DNA of 64,000 bases, taken from NCBI GenBank assembly GCA_964016885.1, contig OZ024743.1:124062001-124126000 (forward strand). The letters run 5' to 3'. The translations under genes were made by a program, and so were the position numbers. The notes beneath the pieces are model-generated. The model did not search any database and had not been told where the DNA came from. It saw nothing but the letters and a program-made list of their open reading frames with translations. The DNA is from Eledone cirrhosa (lineage: Eukaryota). Shown here piece after piece: positions 50,595 through 62,890 of this stretch (position 1 is its first letter; the number at the start of each line of letters is the position of its first letter).

Positions 50595-51974
50595 TTAGGA
50601 ACATGTGGGGAAGAAAAGATATATGATAAACATTAAGATTAATAAAGGGGCAGAAATTACTGTAAATGCAGCTGACGAAGTTTGAGGATACAATCTTCCA
50701 AATATCATAGCAATATAAAGGTTTTCAATGGTTTTCGTATTTTCTATTTGTCCTCTATCATGCCTCCAAGATGTATTGATATCTATAAAATTTCCCTCAT
50801 TAAAAGTAGCAATATGGGGAAAAAAGTAAGGTGTCCTAAAATTATGAGCTGTCATGTTTAATTTCTTAAAGCTAACATCTTCAATAGGAACATCCTTTGG
50901 AAAAGTCCTTATACAAGATATTTTATCATCATAGATTGGACACAGAAAACATGATTGCATTTCTACACCCTCTTTATCTTTTAGATTTACATTTCTTTTA
51001 TTAGCTATTCCTAAAATATAGTTGATTTTAAATTTTGAAGTTCTGTTAGATATGAATTCATACTCAAGAGAGCAACAAGCATTAAACTTACACACACTAA
51101 CAATACCTGAATCATACTCAAGTACCACTACAGATACAGGGAAATATGTTGATATTATTCCTGATTTAACCATTGTGTTGTTTGATTTAGGAACTAAACG
51201 TTTTGGTGGCCAAGGAAAATTTCTTTCTACATTTCCAATATTGCTAACTTCTAATGAAAGATATCCATTTGAATGAAAATTGTTAAAGGCTTTATATATA
51301 TAATTATTTTTAGAAGGTGTGTATATTCCACTTCCACCAACCAAATTGAATTCCTTCATTGTGTTTATTCGGATATTTGCAGAAATAAGGTTTATATTAT
51401 AAGCTTTGGCAATTGAATTGTGGAATAAAACTGATAAAAAGAAAGGAGGAGTATCAAACCATAGATTTGGGAAAAGAATATTTGAAACGTTATGTTTTTC
51501 TATTAAGTCATGTAGTGTGTCTTTGAAATATATATCGAAACATATAATGCTTGCAAAACGGCCAAATGGGGTATCAAACACTGCATATTCTGTATTTAGT
51601 GGAGAGTCATAATAAGGCTCATAAAAAAGATGTTTCTTGTGATATCTAGACACAAGAGCACCTTCTGACGAATAGACAACATTGGTGTTGTATTGGTAAT
51701 GGTTATCATCAGGGCAGTTTGGATCTTCTGTACTATTACATGGTTGTAGGTCTCCAACATTCACTACAAGATAAATCTTATTAGATTTAGCAATGCAGCT
51801 TATAATCGTCTGCAGTTCTGTTCTGTTGTATAGATTAGGTTCGTCACATGGAATCCATGGTTTCTCTTTATTTGGCTCCGGTATTGTGTCGAGAAAGCTG
51901 ACTATCCTATTACGAGTGACTTCATTCATATCTGCAATAAGACCATTTTCTGGGAATACCAAAATATTCACTCC
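50595..51974 (-). CDS. Vanin/pantetheinase-biotinidase family nitrilase, terminal coding exon (probably GPI-anchored); upstream exon not found
   Basis: Acceptor ttacag|GVNILVFPE (catalytic E), YNTNVVY, RYHKKHLF (K), FDTPFGRF..IICFDI (C), base-domain C...CCSL, FGRLY, hydrophobic C-terminal tail; intact ORF. Confidence 0.93.
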   Translation of the reverse strand, partial: GVNILVFPENGLIADMNEVTRNRIVSFLDTIPEPNKEKPWIPCDEPNLYNRTELQTIISCIAKSNKIYLVVNVGDLQPCNSTEDPNCPDDNHYQYNTNVVYSSEGALVSRYHKKHLFYEPYYDSPLNTEYAVFDTPFGRFASIICFDIYFKDTLHDLIEKHNVSNILFPNLWFDTPPFFLSVLFHNSIAKAYNINLISANIRINTMKEFNLVGGSGIYTPSKNNYIYKAFNNFHSNGYLSLEVSNIGNVERNFPWPPKRLVPKSNNTMVKSGIISTYFPVSVVVLEYDSGIVSVCKFNACCSLEYEFISNRTSKFKINYILGIANKRNVNLKDKEGVEMQSCFLCPIYDDKISCIRTFPKDVPIEDVSFKKLNMTAHNFRTPYFFPHIATFNEGNFIDINTSWRHDRGQIENTKTIENLYIAMIFGRLYPQTSSAAFTVISAPLLILMFIIYLFFPTCS

Positions 51975-52920
51975 CTGTAAATAAATGAGAATAGGTACTG
52001 AGTGCAAGAAACATAAGTTATATATACATATATGTTAAATTATTTATTCAATTTAACTGTCTGTATAGAGCTAGTAAGCCATGACAGACTAGTAGAGGTA
52101 TCTAACACCCCTTACAATTAAGAAACAAAAACAAAAGAGGTAAGAAAAGGACAATGGGAAGCAAAAGCAGCATAAATAATAAGAAGAGGTGAAAAACAAG
52201 GACAACTCTAAAGCAGTTTTAAGTTTCTGTTGTTGAATCTTTTTGTAACATCCATGTACTGAAAGATCTTGTTTATAGTTAGTAGATCTTTAACAATATA
52301 TTGCACCTCCAATCTCAGTAGTTTTTTAAAGACCAGTTTCAAGATGTCTTCTCTCTCAGATTGATAGTTTCTGCATTGGAACAAGTAGTGACATAGAGTT
52401 TGTTGGTAGTCTCAATGACCTGTTCATGATAAAATATAGTTCAGTATATGACCCATTTGAAGCCAACGTAATCTTTGTTTATTAACATTATTCAGTGTCT
52501 GACACATTGACACATAGTTTGCCCTATTTGAGTAGCTAGTGTTTGTATTGCCTCATACCCATCTGCCATACAGAAATTAAGCATTAATAACTCCCTTATA
52601 TATTCTCATGTGTTTATGTGTTAGACAGTGATATTTGTTCAAAATAAGTTTGTTACATGCCATGTTGATGGTTTTGATTTTTGTCAAGGAATACTTGAGA
52701 TCATCATCATCATCATCATCATTTCATTTTACGTCCACTTTTCCCTGCTTGCAAGGGTGGGACGGGAACTGATTCTGGCTTGATTTCTACAGCTGGATGC
52801 CCTTCCTAACACCAACCTCATTTACAGTGATGAATTTCCTATTTCAAATCAGTTTGTAACCAAATAGATTTTTGCAGCATTAATAGCTGGCTCATTATGT
52901 ATATTTCACCACATTGATAA

Positions 52921-55780
52921 CACTGGTCAACAAAAAAATATTCATTTCATGGTTCTGGTATAATTTAGTATGATTCTAGGGTAATCAAATGTGCAGAATC
53001 TGAATATGACAACGGTTAAGCTGTATCGGGTCTAGTTTTCGAGAACCAGCATATCCATGTTTATGACCCATAGCTATGTTGCTCATATTACTTCATCCAA
53101 TTGTATCCAGTATATTTTGTTAACTAATTTATACTTACTGCTTTTGTTTCAGATCACAGAATTGTAACTATCCTCAGCTACTCTTGGATAATTCACAACA
53201 ACTTTGACTAGTGGGAGAGATGGAACGCCGGAAATGTGTAAATGACCCGGACCGATTTTGCTATATTTGTTGACTCTTTACCCCAGAAAGCATAAAGAAA
53301 CCAATCACAAAAGCAGTTCGAGTAAACTACAAATGCTACTTCAAATCTCCGTTAGGAGCCCAGGACAAGAAATGGGTGCCTCATATAGCGTGTAGGTCAT
53401 GTGTTAATCACCTAAGTGAATGGAAGAATGGGAAACGAAGCTCTGGTTTGCCATTTGCCGTACAAATGGTGTGGCGAGAACCAAAAGACCACAATAACGA
53501 TTGCTACTTCTGCCATATAAACATCCAAGGAATAACTGTGAAGACACAAACTACACTTCAATACCCGACATCTCGTCAGCAATCCTGCTGAACACGAACT
53601 AATTTCTGATTCCAGTAGCACCCCTATTGATGATGACTATCAAGACGAACACGAGACAAGTGAACCCAAACCATTTAACCAGGAAGCGCTTCACGATCTC
53701 ATTAGAGACCTACATTTGTCTAAAGAAAAGGCAGAGCTCCTGGGATCAAGACTGAAGCAACAAAACCTGCTGGAACCTGGCGTCCGCATTACAACTTAAT
53801 TAGTCTACTTCTAGGTCTTCAGACTGGTGACACAAAGCATATGTGTTTTCTATGTTTGTGGAATAGTAGAGCAGATGCGGAGCACTACATGAAGAAGGAT
53901 TGGCCAACAAGACCAAAGGATGCACCCGGTAGATCCAACTGTCTGTACAAACCTCTTGTGGATCCAGAAAAAGTATTCCTCCCTCCATTACATCTCAAAT
54001 TAGGCTTGGCCAAAAACTTTATTAAAAGCATGGATCATACGGGTAATGGGTTTCAGTACTTGTGTAAGAAATTGGGTAGAGTGGTATCTGAAGCAAAGTT
54101 AAAAGCAGGGCTTTTGAATGGTCCTCAGATTCGTATGCTGGTTAATGATGGTGAGTTTACGAAAACACTAAACCCTTTGGAGACTAATGCATGGAAATCA
54201 TTTGTAGATGCGACACAGAACTTGGAAACCACCGTGCAGACAACTATAAAGAAATTGTTGAAACCATGATACAAAATTATCACGCTCTGGGTTCATGAAT
54301 GTTGTTGAAGCTTCATTTCTTCCCAAGTAATCTAGGAGACATCAGTGATGAACATGGACAGAGGTTTCACCAGGACATTGCCATAATGGACAGAAGATAT
54401 CAGGGTCGGTTCAATCCCAACATGATGGGCGACTACTGCTGGACACTGCAACGTGAGGAGAGCCAGCAAAACAAGCGTAAAAGCAAAATCCAGAAATTTT
54501 TTTAGAAATGTTTTGAAATATTTTCTTGTGTTCAGAATGTTGTTCAGAAATGTTTTGTTAATATACTAAGTGTTAAAAAAATAAATAAAAATATGTTTAT
54601 ATATCCAAAATTAAATTAAGGGTTGTCATGTCTGAGAGACATGCGCCATATCCACTGCAGAGTAAGCTCAAAGATTCCAATGAATAGATCCGAGCATTTC
54701 ATATCAACTAGAAATAGATTGCCATATATATATATAAAATAAACATATGGAACAATCACAGGGTATAATTTGCAAAGTATGTAAGCACACATAGCTAGGT
54801 AGGTAACCAGTTTAACTAGAACTTCAAATATAGATACCTTTTAAAATGATTAATCTCCTTTGTATATATTTCTATGGGATGACGCTGTGCGATGTGTGTA
54901 TTTTTTAAAAATGCCACACGTGGTTCGAGTCATTCACAGATTTGCATTTGCTTTGTAAACGCAGATAGTTGGATCTTCTCCTTTGGTGACCATCCAGGAT
55001 TTGACTACTATGATTTATTGATTAATTGGTGAAATATATTTTTTATTTAAAGAAGTATATACAAAGGAGAATAATCATTTTAAAAGGTATCTATATTTAA
55101 AGTTCTAGTTAAACTTTAATTGGTTACCTACCTAGCTATGTGTCCTTACATACTTTACAAATTATTCCCTGTGATTGTTCCATATGTTTATTTTATATAT
55201 ATATATATATATATTTCAATCTATTTCTAGTTGATATGAAATGCTCGGATCTATTCATTGGAATCTTTGAGCTTATTCTTGTAGTGGATTTGGCGCATGT
55301 CTCTGAGACATGACAACCCTTAATTTAATTTTGGATATATTTATAGCCCCTTATTTGTAGAGCTAACTCAGTTGAATGGACTCGGCTGCTATTTCTAGCT
55401 GTCGATAATCCTATTCAGGTCACTGGGATGACGCTGTGCGATGTGTGTATTTTAAAAAAATGCCACACGTGGTTCGAGTCATTCACAGATTTGCATTTGC
55501 TTTGTAAACGCAGATAGTTGGATCTTCTCCTTTGGTGACCATCCAGGATTTGACTACTATGATTTATTGATTAATTGGTGAAATATATTTTTTATTTAAA
55601 GAAATATATACAAAGGAGATTAATCATTTTAAAAGGTATCTATATTTAAAGTTCTAGTTAAACTTTAATTGGTTACCTACCTAGCTATGTGTGCTTACAT
55701 ACTTTACAAATTATTCCCTGTGATTGTTCCATATGTTTATTTTATAAAAATATGTTTATATATTTTTATTAATAAGTTAT
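52921..55780 (+). mobile_element. Second Chapaev3-like copy (left end intact, 3' end interrupted and truncated)
   Basis: TAA|CACTGGTCAACA; nearly identical to 38673-40155 but retains ~215 bp (WVPHIACRSC..VWREPKDH..DCYFC) deleted in copy 1. Confidence 0.88.
54605..55763. mobile_element. Non-coding insertion with inverted + tandem (549-bp period) structure and ~20-bp TSD; Penelope pseudo-LTR-like
   Basis: 54601-54875 is the reverse complement of ~55052-55340; 54876-55200 repeats at 55425-55746; ataaaaatatgtttatatat flanks both sides. Confidence 0.7.
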
Positions 55781-56569
55781 TAAGGTTGAAAGATTTCCTA
55801 CTAATCATAGTACAAGACTAATTATTTACCTTTGATTTGATTTTTTAATGCTAGTTCACAAACCTACACTAATCATTTGTCACACATACATATATCATAC
55901 AATATCAGTGTTGATACTCAACTTTTAATCACCATCTTGGGGTGCTGAATGCATGGATCACCATGCCTCTCCCTTTCAATCTGTCTTGGCTAAGTTCAAT
56001 CAATCTAATGATTGGTGACAAAAAATTACAATATGTACTTTTTTAAATGCCTTAACATTAACAACATCTTAACTCAGCTGTACATGAATATGACTTGGTG
56101 CAAGGAAAAATATGAATTCCAGAAATAATAATTTCTAAGAAAAAAATTTCTTTCATAGATCTGCTAGATCAAGGCTAAACAATGACTAATCAATATATAA
56201 TTTAGCCAACAAATATAAAAAAAGCAATTATCTTTGTCAGCAAATCTAATATAGTTAAAGGAATCTCAGATATATCAACAGCAGTATTCCAATACATAGC
56301 CATTATGCTGTTTGTGGATATTCCTGAAAGCTGTCTTTGTGTCTGGCTAAGTTATCTATCTCCAAACTTTATTTGGAGCATATTTTGAGCTCAATACACA
56401 TTTCTAATGCTTCCAGTGATAAGTTATACCACAAAATATTTTCTATTTTTAGCTAAGTAGTCTGAGCTAAACATTTTAATGAAAGACACTGAGCAGGTTA
56501 TGAATTTACATAATCATCATCATTGCTTGCATGGGTTAGATGGACCGTCACATTACAAGGCTAGACAGG

Positions 56570-57760
56570 TCAGGTGGGCATGTCTAGTCCATATGCTCCA
56601 TTTTTAATTTAGTTTTCTTTGGTCTCCCAACTCATCTGCACACATCAGGTTTCCTGAAAAGAATGCTGCCACAGGTTCATTGTAACATTTCACATGTCTG
56701 GCTAATGCGAGCCTCCTATGCCTTATGATGTCAGAAAAGCAAAGGTGTGAGCTATACAGCGATTTCTTGCTATGTGTGTTCTATAGGATATGTTCTCAGC
56801 ATTCATATGAGAGGGTATGCCATTAATTCTCTTTGTGAGTGTCTTTATTAGTCCATGACTCACATCCATAGAGGTAAATGGACTCAACCGTTGCTTTGAA
56901 GAGTCTTATTTCGTGGTTTTCTTGATTGGAGACATCCACACCTTTGATAGGAAGTTGAGTAACATGTCCTCAGTTCCTATATCATCTGCATAAGTCATTT
57001 CAGGTAGAACTTCTTCTGGATGATGAGTACTTTGTTGACTTTTCAACATTATTCCGTCTGATGGTGCAATAGCATTACACAGTGCATAATCAAGGCATAG
57101 CACAACAAGGAAAGGAGTCAGAGGAGCTCTCTGGAAGACTCCAGTTTCAATGGAGAATAGGTCTGAGTTTCTTCTGAGTGTCATTATAAACGCTGAAGTA
57201 TTCTCATACATGACTTTAATTACATACACAATCTGATGGGATATCCCACATGCAAGAAGAATTTTTAGCATCTTTCAGTCAATTGACTCAAAAGATTTCT
57301 TGAAATCTATCAATACAATTGCTGCCTCTTTTTTGTGATTCCATACCTCCTCAATAATCCTTCTCAGAGCAAAGATGTGTGAGGCAGTAGAGCAAAATGG
57401 CTAAAATACATTTTGGCAGGATGTAGACTGTTGTCAATACACAGCCTGATCCTATTCAGGATCATCCTATTGTAAGTCTTTGCTGCAATTTGCATAAGTC
57501 CGATGTCTCTATAGTTGGTGTAGATGGTAAGGTCACCTTTCTTGGGTGTTGTTACTATTCCTGATATTCCTCATTCCTCAGGCCTATGCCCTCTTAGAAA
57601 TTTTGCGAACTTTGGGTAGTTTCCAGATGTCTTTAGGTAGGCCATCAAGGCCAGGAACTTTACCTGGTGTCATTGCCTTGAGTGCATTGTCCACCTCTTC
57701 TATGGCAAACTCAGTGATGGACTTCAAATACTGGGTTAATCACTACGTCTGGCTCACAAT
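56570..57760 (-). mobile_element. RTE-X-like LINE RT fragment
   Basis: DFKKSF.SI, MLKILLACGI..MYENT, TGVFQ..LTPFL..LDYAL, TYADDI. Confidence 0.75.
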
Positions 57761-58410
57761 AATTGTCAGCTAATCAGAGTTTGTGGAAATGCTCCTTTCA
57801 AGTCACAAAGCATATATCCCCTTGAATATATATCACATTCTTCCTCTTTTAACCAGAAAGTTCTTTTATCAGTCAACATTAGTCGGAGTAAATTTGCCAG
57901 CTTTTGTGAACAGGAAATTTTTTTTTGTAACATGCATACATACATACATATACTGTAATGCTACACAGCAGCGTGACATGGGCCTCAACTGCAAAAGAGC
58001 TGCAAAGGCTAGAATGAAGTGAGACTAATATGCTCTGTGTAATGTCGTACATGAGTGTCACAGCATAAGTAAAACTAGACACAAGAAAAATCCAATGTAA
58101 TGTGCAAGAGAGAAGACTGTTGGTTTGTAGAGGATTATATATCATTGTGTGACGATATGCAAAACATGTTATAGCGTTCTGATACTATTTATTCCTAATA
58201 GTGCTTTTCATCTGTTTCAGACGTCCATCATTTATTGATACAAATAAAGTGGATGTATTATGAAAAGAGTTTGTGCTCATTTATGATGGACATCGTCAAT
58301 TTATACTTTACAGAGAAGTTATTCTAAGACCAAAGTTTATTTATATAGGTGGAATCTGAATTTGTGCGCGCAACAAATAAGACTTTGTTTCGTATAATTT
58401 AATGTGAAAG

Positions 58411-59090
58411 ATGCCTACAGTGAAGTGCCCTATCCCACACTGTGATTTTGAGTCAGAAGACCGAGCCTGTAGTGATCGCTGCACTGGTGACTGCACACTT
58501 AACAGTTCACACTACAACCCCCAGCATCTCTGCCAAAGTCCAACAGGTCAAGCGGCCTAGCATCTCCTCCACAGGTACAAGCGAGGACTGGTCCTACTTC
58601 ATCTCAAGATGGACGGATTACGTCGAGGCAACTAAAGTCACAGGTAAAGACCTCATTGTACAACTCCTTGAGTGCTGTGACGAGACACTATGTAGAGACT
58701 TAACAAGAACCGCTGGTGGTACACTGACAGACAAAACCCAAGCTGATGTCCTCAAGGCCATTCGAGCCCTTGCTGTGCGAGAGGAAAACACCATGGTTGC
58801 TCACGTTACCATTCACAACATGACACAGGACCGTGACGAGACTATCTGCTCATTCGGTGCTAGACTTAGGGGACAAGCAGGTGTCTACAAATTTGTCACA
58901 GCATGTCCGGGCTGCCATCAGGAAGTGAACTACACTGAAGAAATCCTTCGTGACGTACTCACTTGTGGACTTAATGACTCTGAAATCCAGCTTCACCTCC
59001 TCGGAGATAAAAACCAGGATATGAGCCTCGAGGAAGTATTTAAATATGTTGAAGCTAAGGAGGCCGGTAAGAGATCAGTGTCATGCCAGA
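58411..59090 (+). pseudogene. Gypsy gag (frameshifted)
   Basis: MPTVKCPIPHCDF..AH..VH, EDWSYFISRW, QDRDETI..FGARLRGQA, EAKEAGKRS. Confidence 0.8.
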
Positions 59091-59099
59091 CATAGTGGA

Positions 59100-62000
59100 A
59101 TGCGAATGCCCAAGATGAACACTGCCACCACCCCTGCCAACCAAATTACCCTAACCCTGCAAGAGAGGAAAATCGCAAGGAATTTGCGTGCTACCTTCTT
59201 GATCGGTACAAATCAAGCACGTTCAATACCTGCGAACACCAACCCCTTCCCCTTATGGAGGGCCCCCCTATGAAACTGATGGTGGATCCCAACGCCACAC
59301 CTATAGCTCATCATACTCCAATACCCGTGCCACTCCACTGGCGAGAGGCAGTCAAGGCCGACCTCGACCAAGATGTCCAACTGGGTGTGATCAAACCTGT
59401 ACCAGTCGGCGAACCTGACACTTGGTGCCATAGGATGGTTGTCTGCCCAAAGAAAAATGGTAAACCCCGCCGCACCGTGGATTTCCAGGCTCTCAACACC
59501 CATGCAATAAGGGAGATCCACCACACACAATCCCCATTCCACCAAGCACGCTCGGTACCATCAGACAAGAAGAAAACTGTATTTGATGCCTGGAACGGCT
59601 ACCACAGTATACCAATCCGTGATGAAGACAAACACTTAACCACATTCATGACGCCATGGGGAAGATACCACTACCGGACTGCGCCCCAAGGCTACATTGC
59701 GTCAGGTGATGGATACACAAGGAGATTCGATGAGATCATCTCTGACATACAGAACAAGACTAAATGCATCGACGACACCTTGCTGTGGTCTGACAACATT
59801 GAAGATAGCTACTTCCGTGCCTGTGAATGGCTAGACCTCTGCGGCAGAAACGGAATAACCTTAAACCCAGAGAAATTTGTCTTTGCCAAGGACACAGTCG
59901 AATTTGCAGGCTTTGAGATCACATGCAACAGTGTCAGACTGTGCAAGAAATACCTCCAGGCCATCATTGACTTCCCCACACCAACCAACATCTCCGACAT
60001 GCGCTCTTGGTTTGGTTTCATCAATCAAGTCTCCTACGCCTTCAGCATGGCCGATGCAACCATTCCGCAAGCTACTGAAACCAGGAACACCATTCCAATG
60101 GAATGACCAGCTGGACAAACTCTTTGAAGAATCTAAGAGTGTGATTGTCAATGATATAGAAGAGGGTGTACGCATATTTGACACCAGAAAACCTACATGT
60201 CTCGCCACTGACTGGTCGAAAGACGGCATTGGATTCTGGCTGTTCCAGAAACACTGCACATGCCCAAAGACAGTCCCATTTTGCTGTCGTGAAATGATGG
60301 AAGGTTACACTGGTCGGAAGTCGCTTCACCCAAGCGGCAGATTGAAGGCGAGGCTCTCGCTGTCGTTGACGCACTGGACAAGGGAAGGTATTTCATTCTG
60401 GGCTGCATCAACCTCACCATAGCGGTAGACCACAAACCACTAGTCAAGATATTCAGTGATCAGATCAATCCCTGGAAAGGATTTCCAATACTCGTCTTCG
60501 CAACTTGAAGGAAAAGACTCTCCGCTACAGCTTCAAGATGATCCATATTCCCTGGGCAAAACACCGAGCTGCCGATGCTGTATCTCGACACCCATGTGAC
60601 CCTGGAGACAAGATGATTCCAGAGGATTCAGCAGCCATCAGTGCCTCCAGCCAACCATCTATTCAGAAACTCGTACTCGCCTCCATAAGACATGGTGACC
60701 AACCAGATAACCCAATCGAAGATTCTACCTTCCTCTCAGCCATGTCATCCATCAACTCACACCAATCAATCACTTGGGACAAGGTTCAAGAAGCCACCAA
60801 CAGGGATGAAAACATGACTAAACTGGTGGATATGATAGAAACAGGGATGCCAGAGGACCGCTTTAGCCTGCCACCCGCCATTCGTGAATATCATCAATTC
60901 CGAGAGCACCTACACTCAGTGGACGGCGTGGCTCTCTACAAAGACCGCATTGTCATCCCACTATCACTCAGACACAACGTTCTAACAGTACTCCACTCCG
61001 CCCACCAAGGCGTATCTTCTATGATGTCAAGGGCCGAATCGTCTGTCTTCTGGCCTGGAATTACAACAGCAATCACAGAGCTCAGGATACATGTACCCAC
61101 TGCAATCGGATGGCACCGTCTCAACCATGTGCTCCACCTACCCCACCAGTATACCCTGTTTATCCCTTCCAGTGCATTTGCGCTGACTACTTCCACTACA
61201 AAGGGGTGAACTATCTGGTCATTGTTGACAGATACTCCAACTGGCCGATTTTAGAGAGATCTCAGGAAGGTGCTAAAGGCCTAATTGACAGTCTACGCCA
61301 TACATTTGTCACTTTTGGAATTCCAGATGAACTGTTCTTAGATGGTGGCCCTGAGTTTACAGCCTCAGCAGCCAGGGATTTCTTGAAAAACTGGGGTGTC
61401 CATCATCGACTCTCTTCAGTCGCCTTCCACCACAGCAACTGTCGGGCAGAAGTCGGTGTTAAAACTGTGAAACGTCTCATTACAGACAACACGGGACCCA
61501 ACGGCGAGTTAGACACGGATTCACTGCAACGCGCCATGCAATACAGAAACACCCCACACAGAGACACCAAGTTATCCCCTGCGATGTGTGTCTTTGGTAG
61601 ACCCATTAAGGATTTCATTCCAGTCCTTCCCAGCCGCTACAAGCCTCATGACACCTGGCGTGACACACTTGCTTTGAGAGAAGATGCCCTCAGAAACAGG
61701 CACATGAAGATTGCAGAACGCCTTTCTGAACACACCAAGCGATTGCCACCCCTTGTCATTGGAGATCTCGTGCGAATACAAAACCAAACAGGCCCTCAAC
61801 CGTTAAAATGGGACAAAACAGACTGTGTGATTGAAGTTCGTTAGTTTGATCAGTATGTTATACGCGTGAATGGATCAGGCAGAGTGGCCCTTCGAAACCG
61901 GAAATTTCTAAGAAAGTACACTCCTGTTCATCCACAGAGAGCACAGATCACCTTATCAGACGACTTACCCCATCGATCCCAACAAAGACAACAAGGTATG

Positions 62001-62348
62001 TCTTTTTCACTCCGCCAACCATTTATTCTGGAGCCCCTGCTCGCAAAGGACACCATCAAAGCTCTTCAAAACCCTACAGATCTACAAATGATACCATCAC
62101 CCAACCTGACAACGCTTGACATCCAGCCATCGCCACCTTCACCACCACGCCCAGCTATCCAGCCACCAGAGTTACATCCCCTAGCCTACCACACTACCTT
62201 CAAAACAAGTAGCACAACACCTACCCCAGCACCCTGCCTAACACCCTCCCTGACCAACACACAGGAACTAACACTAAGACGCTCCTCCCGGGCCAAGAAT
62301 GAGCCCACCTGGCTCAGTGATTATGTGCATGTGATTTGGGCAGAATAA
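59100..62348 (+). pseudogene. Gypsy pol (RT, RNase H, integrase), multiple frameshifts
   Basis: RRTVDFQALN, DAWNGYH, PQGY, KCIDD, TDWSKDG, DHKPL, HSAHQG..FWPG, ADYF..VDRYS, DGGPEF, RAEVGVK. Confidence 0.9.
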
Positions 62349-62706
62349 TCCCCGGGCCTGAGGGTAGTCTGCCCAGTGATCGCCCTTCTCCTTTCGGTTT
62401 GTGTTATTGTTTCTATTGACATTAATTGCTCCCACCTGGTCAGGATGGCACTGTCTTCAAAACATTCAGTTTATTCTCATATCTGACTCTAGTCTTAAAT
62501 CCTTGCTATATACCTCAGTGTATATACCAATGACTTGGAGGGAAATAGGGGATTATATATCATTGTGTGACGATATGCAAAACATGTTATAGCGTTCTGA
62601 TACTATTTATTCTTAATAGTGCTTTTCATCTGTTTCAGATGTCCATCATTTATTGATACAAATGAAGTGGAGGTATTATGAAAAGAGTTTGTGCTCATTT
62701 AGTTTG

Positions 62707-62890
62707 GACATGTGATGTGTATGGAAAATGGGCAAAGAAATATGAGTGAATGGTCCTCATGGAAGAGGTAGGCCTAAGAAGACATAGGATCAAGTAGTGA
62801 GGATTGGCCTTGAGAAGCTGAACCTCACAATAAAGATGATGAAAGACGACAAAGATATGTGATATGCTGTACTGGAGTACACCCGCCTAC
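62707..62890 (+). mobile_element. RTE fragment continuing 57945-58122 (host of the Gypsy insertion)
   Basis: Joining the flanks restores ...VQERRL.WFGHVM. Confidence 0.75.

Larger units (their letters stand above)
58128..62701 (+). mobile_element. Ty3/Gypsy LTR retrotransposon with both 156-bp LTRs, decayed, protease region deleted
   Basis: LTRs 58128-58283 and 62546-62701 (5 mismatches counted), TSD GTTTG, PPT ggagggaaa, order gag-RT-RNaseH-integrase; inserted in an RTE fragment. Confidence 0.95.

Noticed and set aside
51975-52007. N-terminus MHSVPILIYLQ of the 470-aa ORF
   Set aside because: It is intronic acceptor sequence read in frame from a non-ATG codon.
52190-52700. Possible upstream vanin exon or LINE fragment
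   Set aside because: No AAVYEH-like motif or signal peptide was found; the region looks like a highly decayed LINE end, too weak to call.
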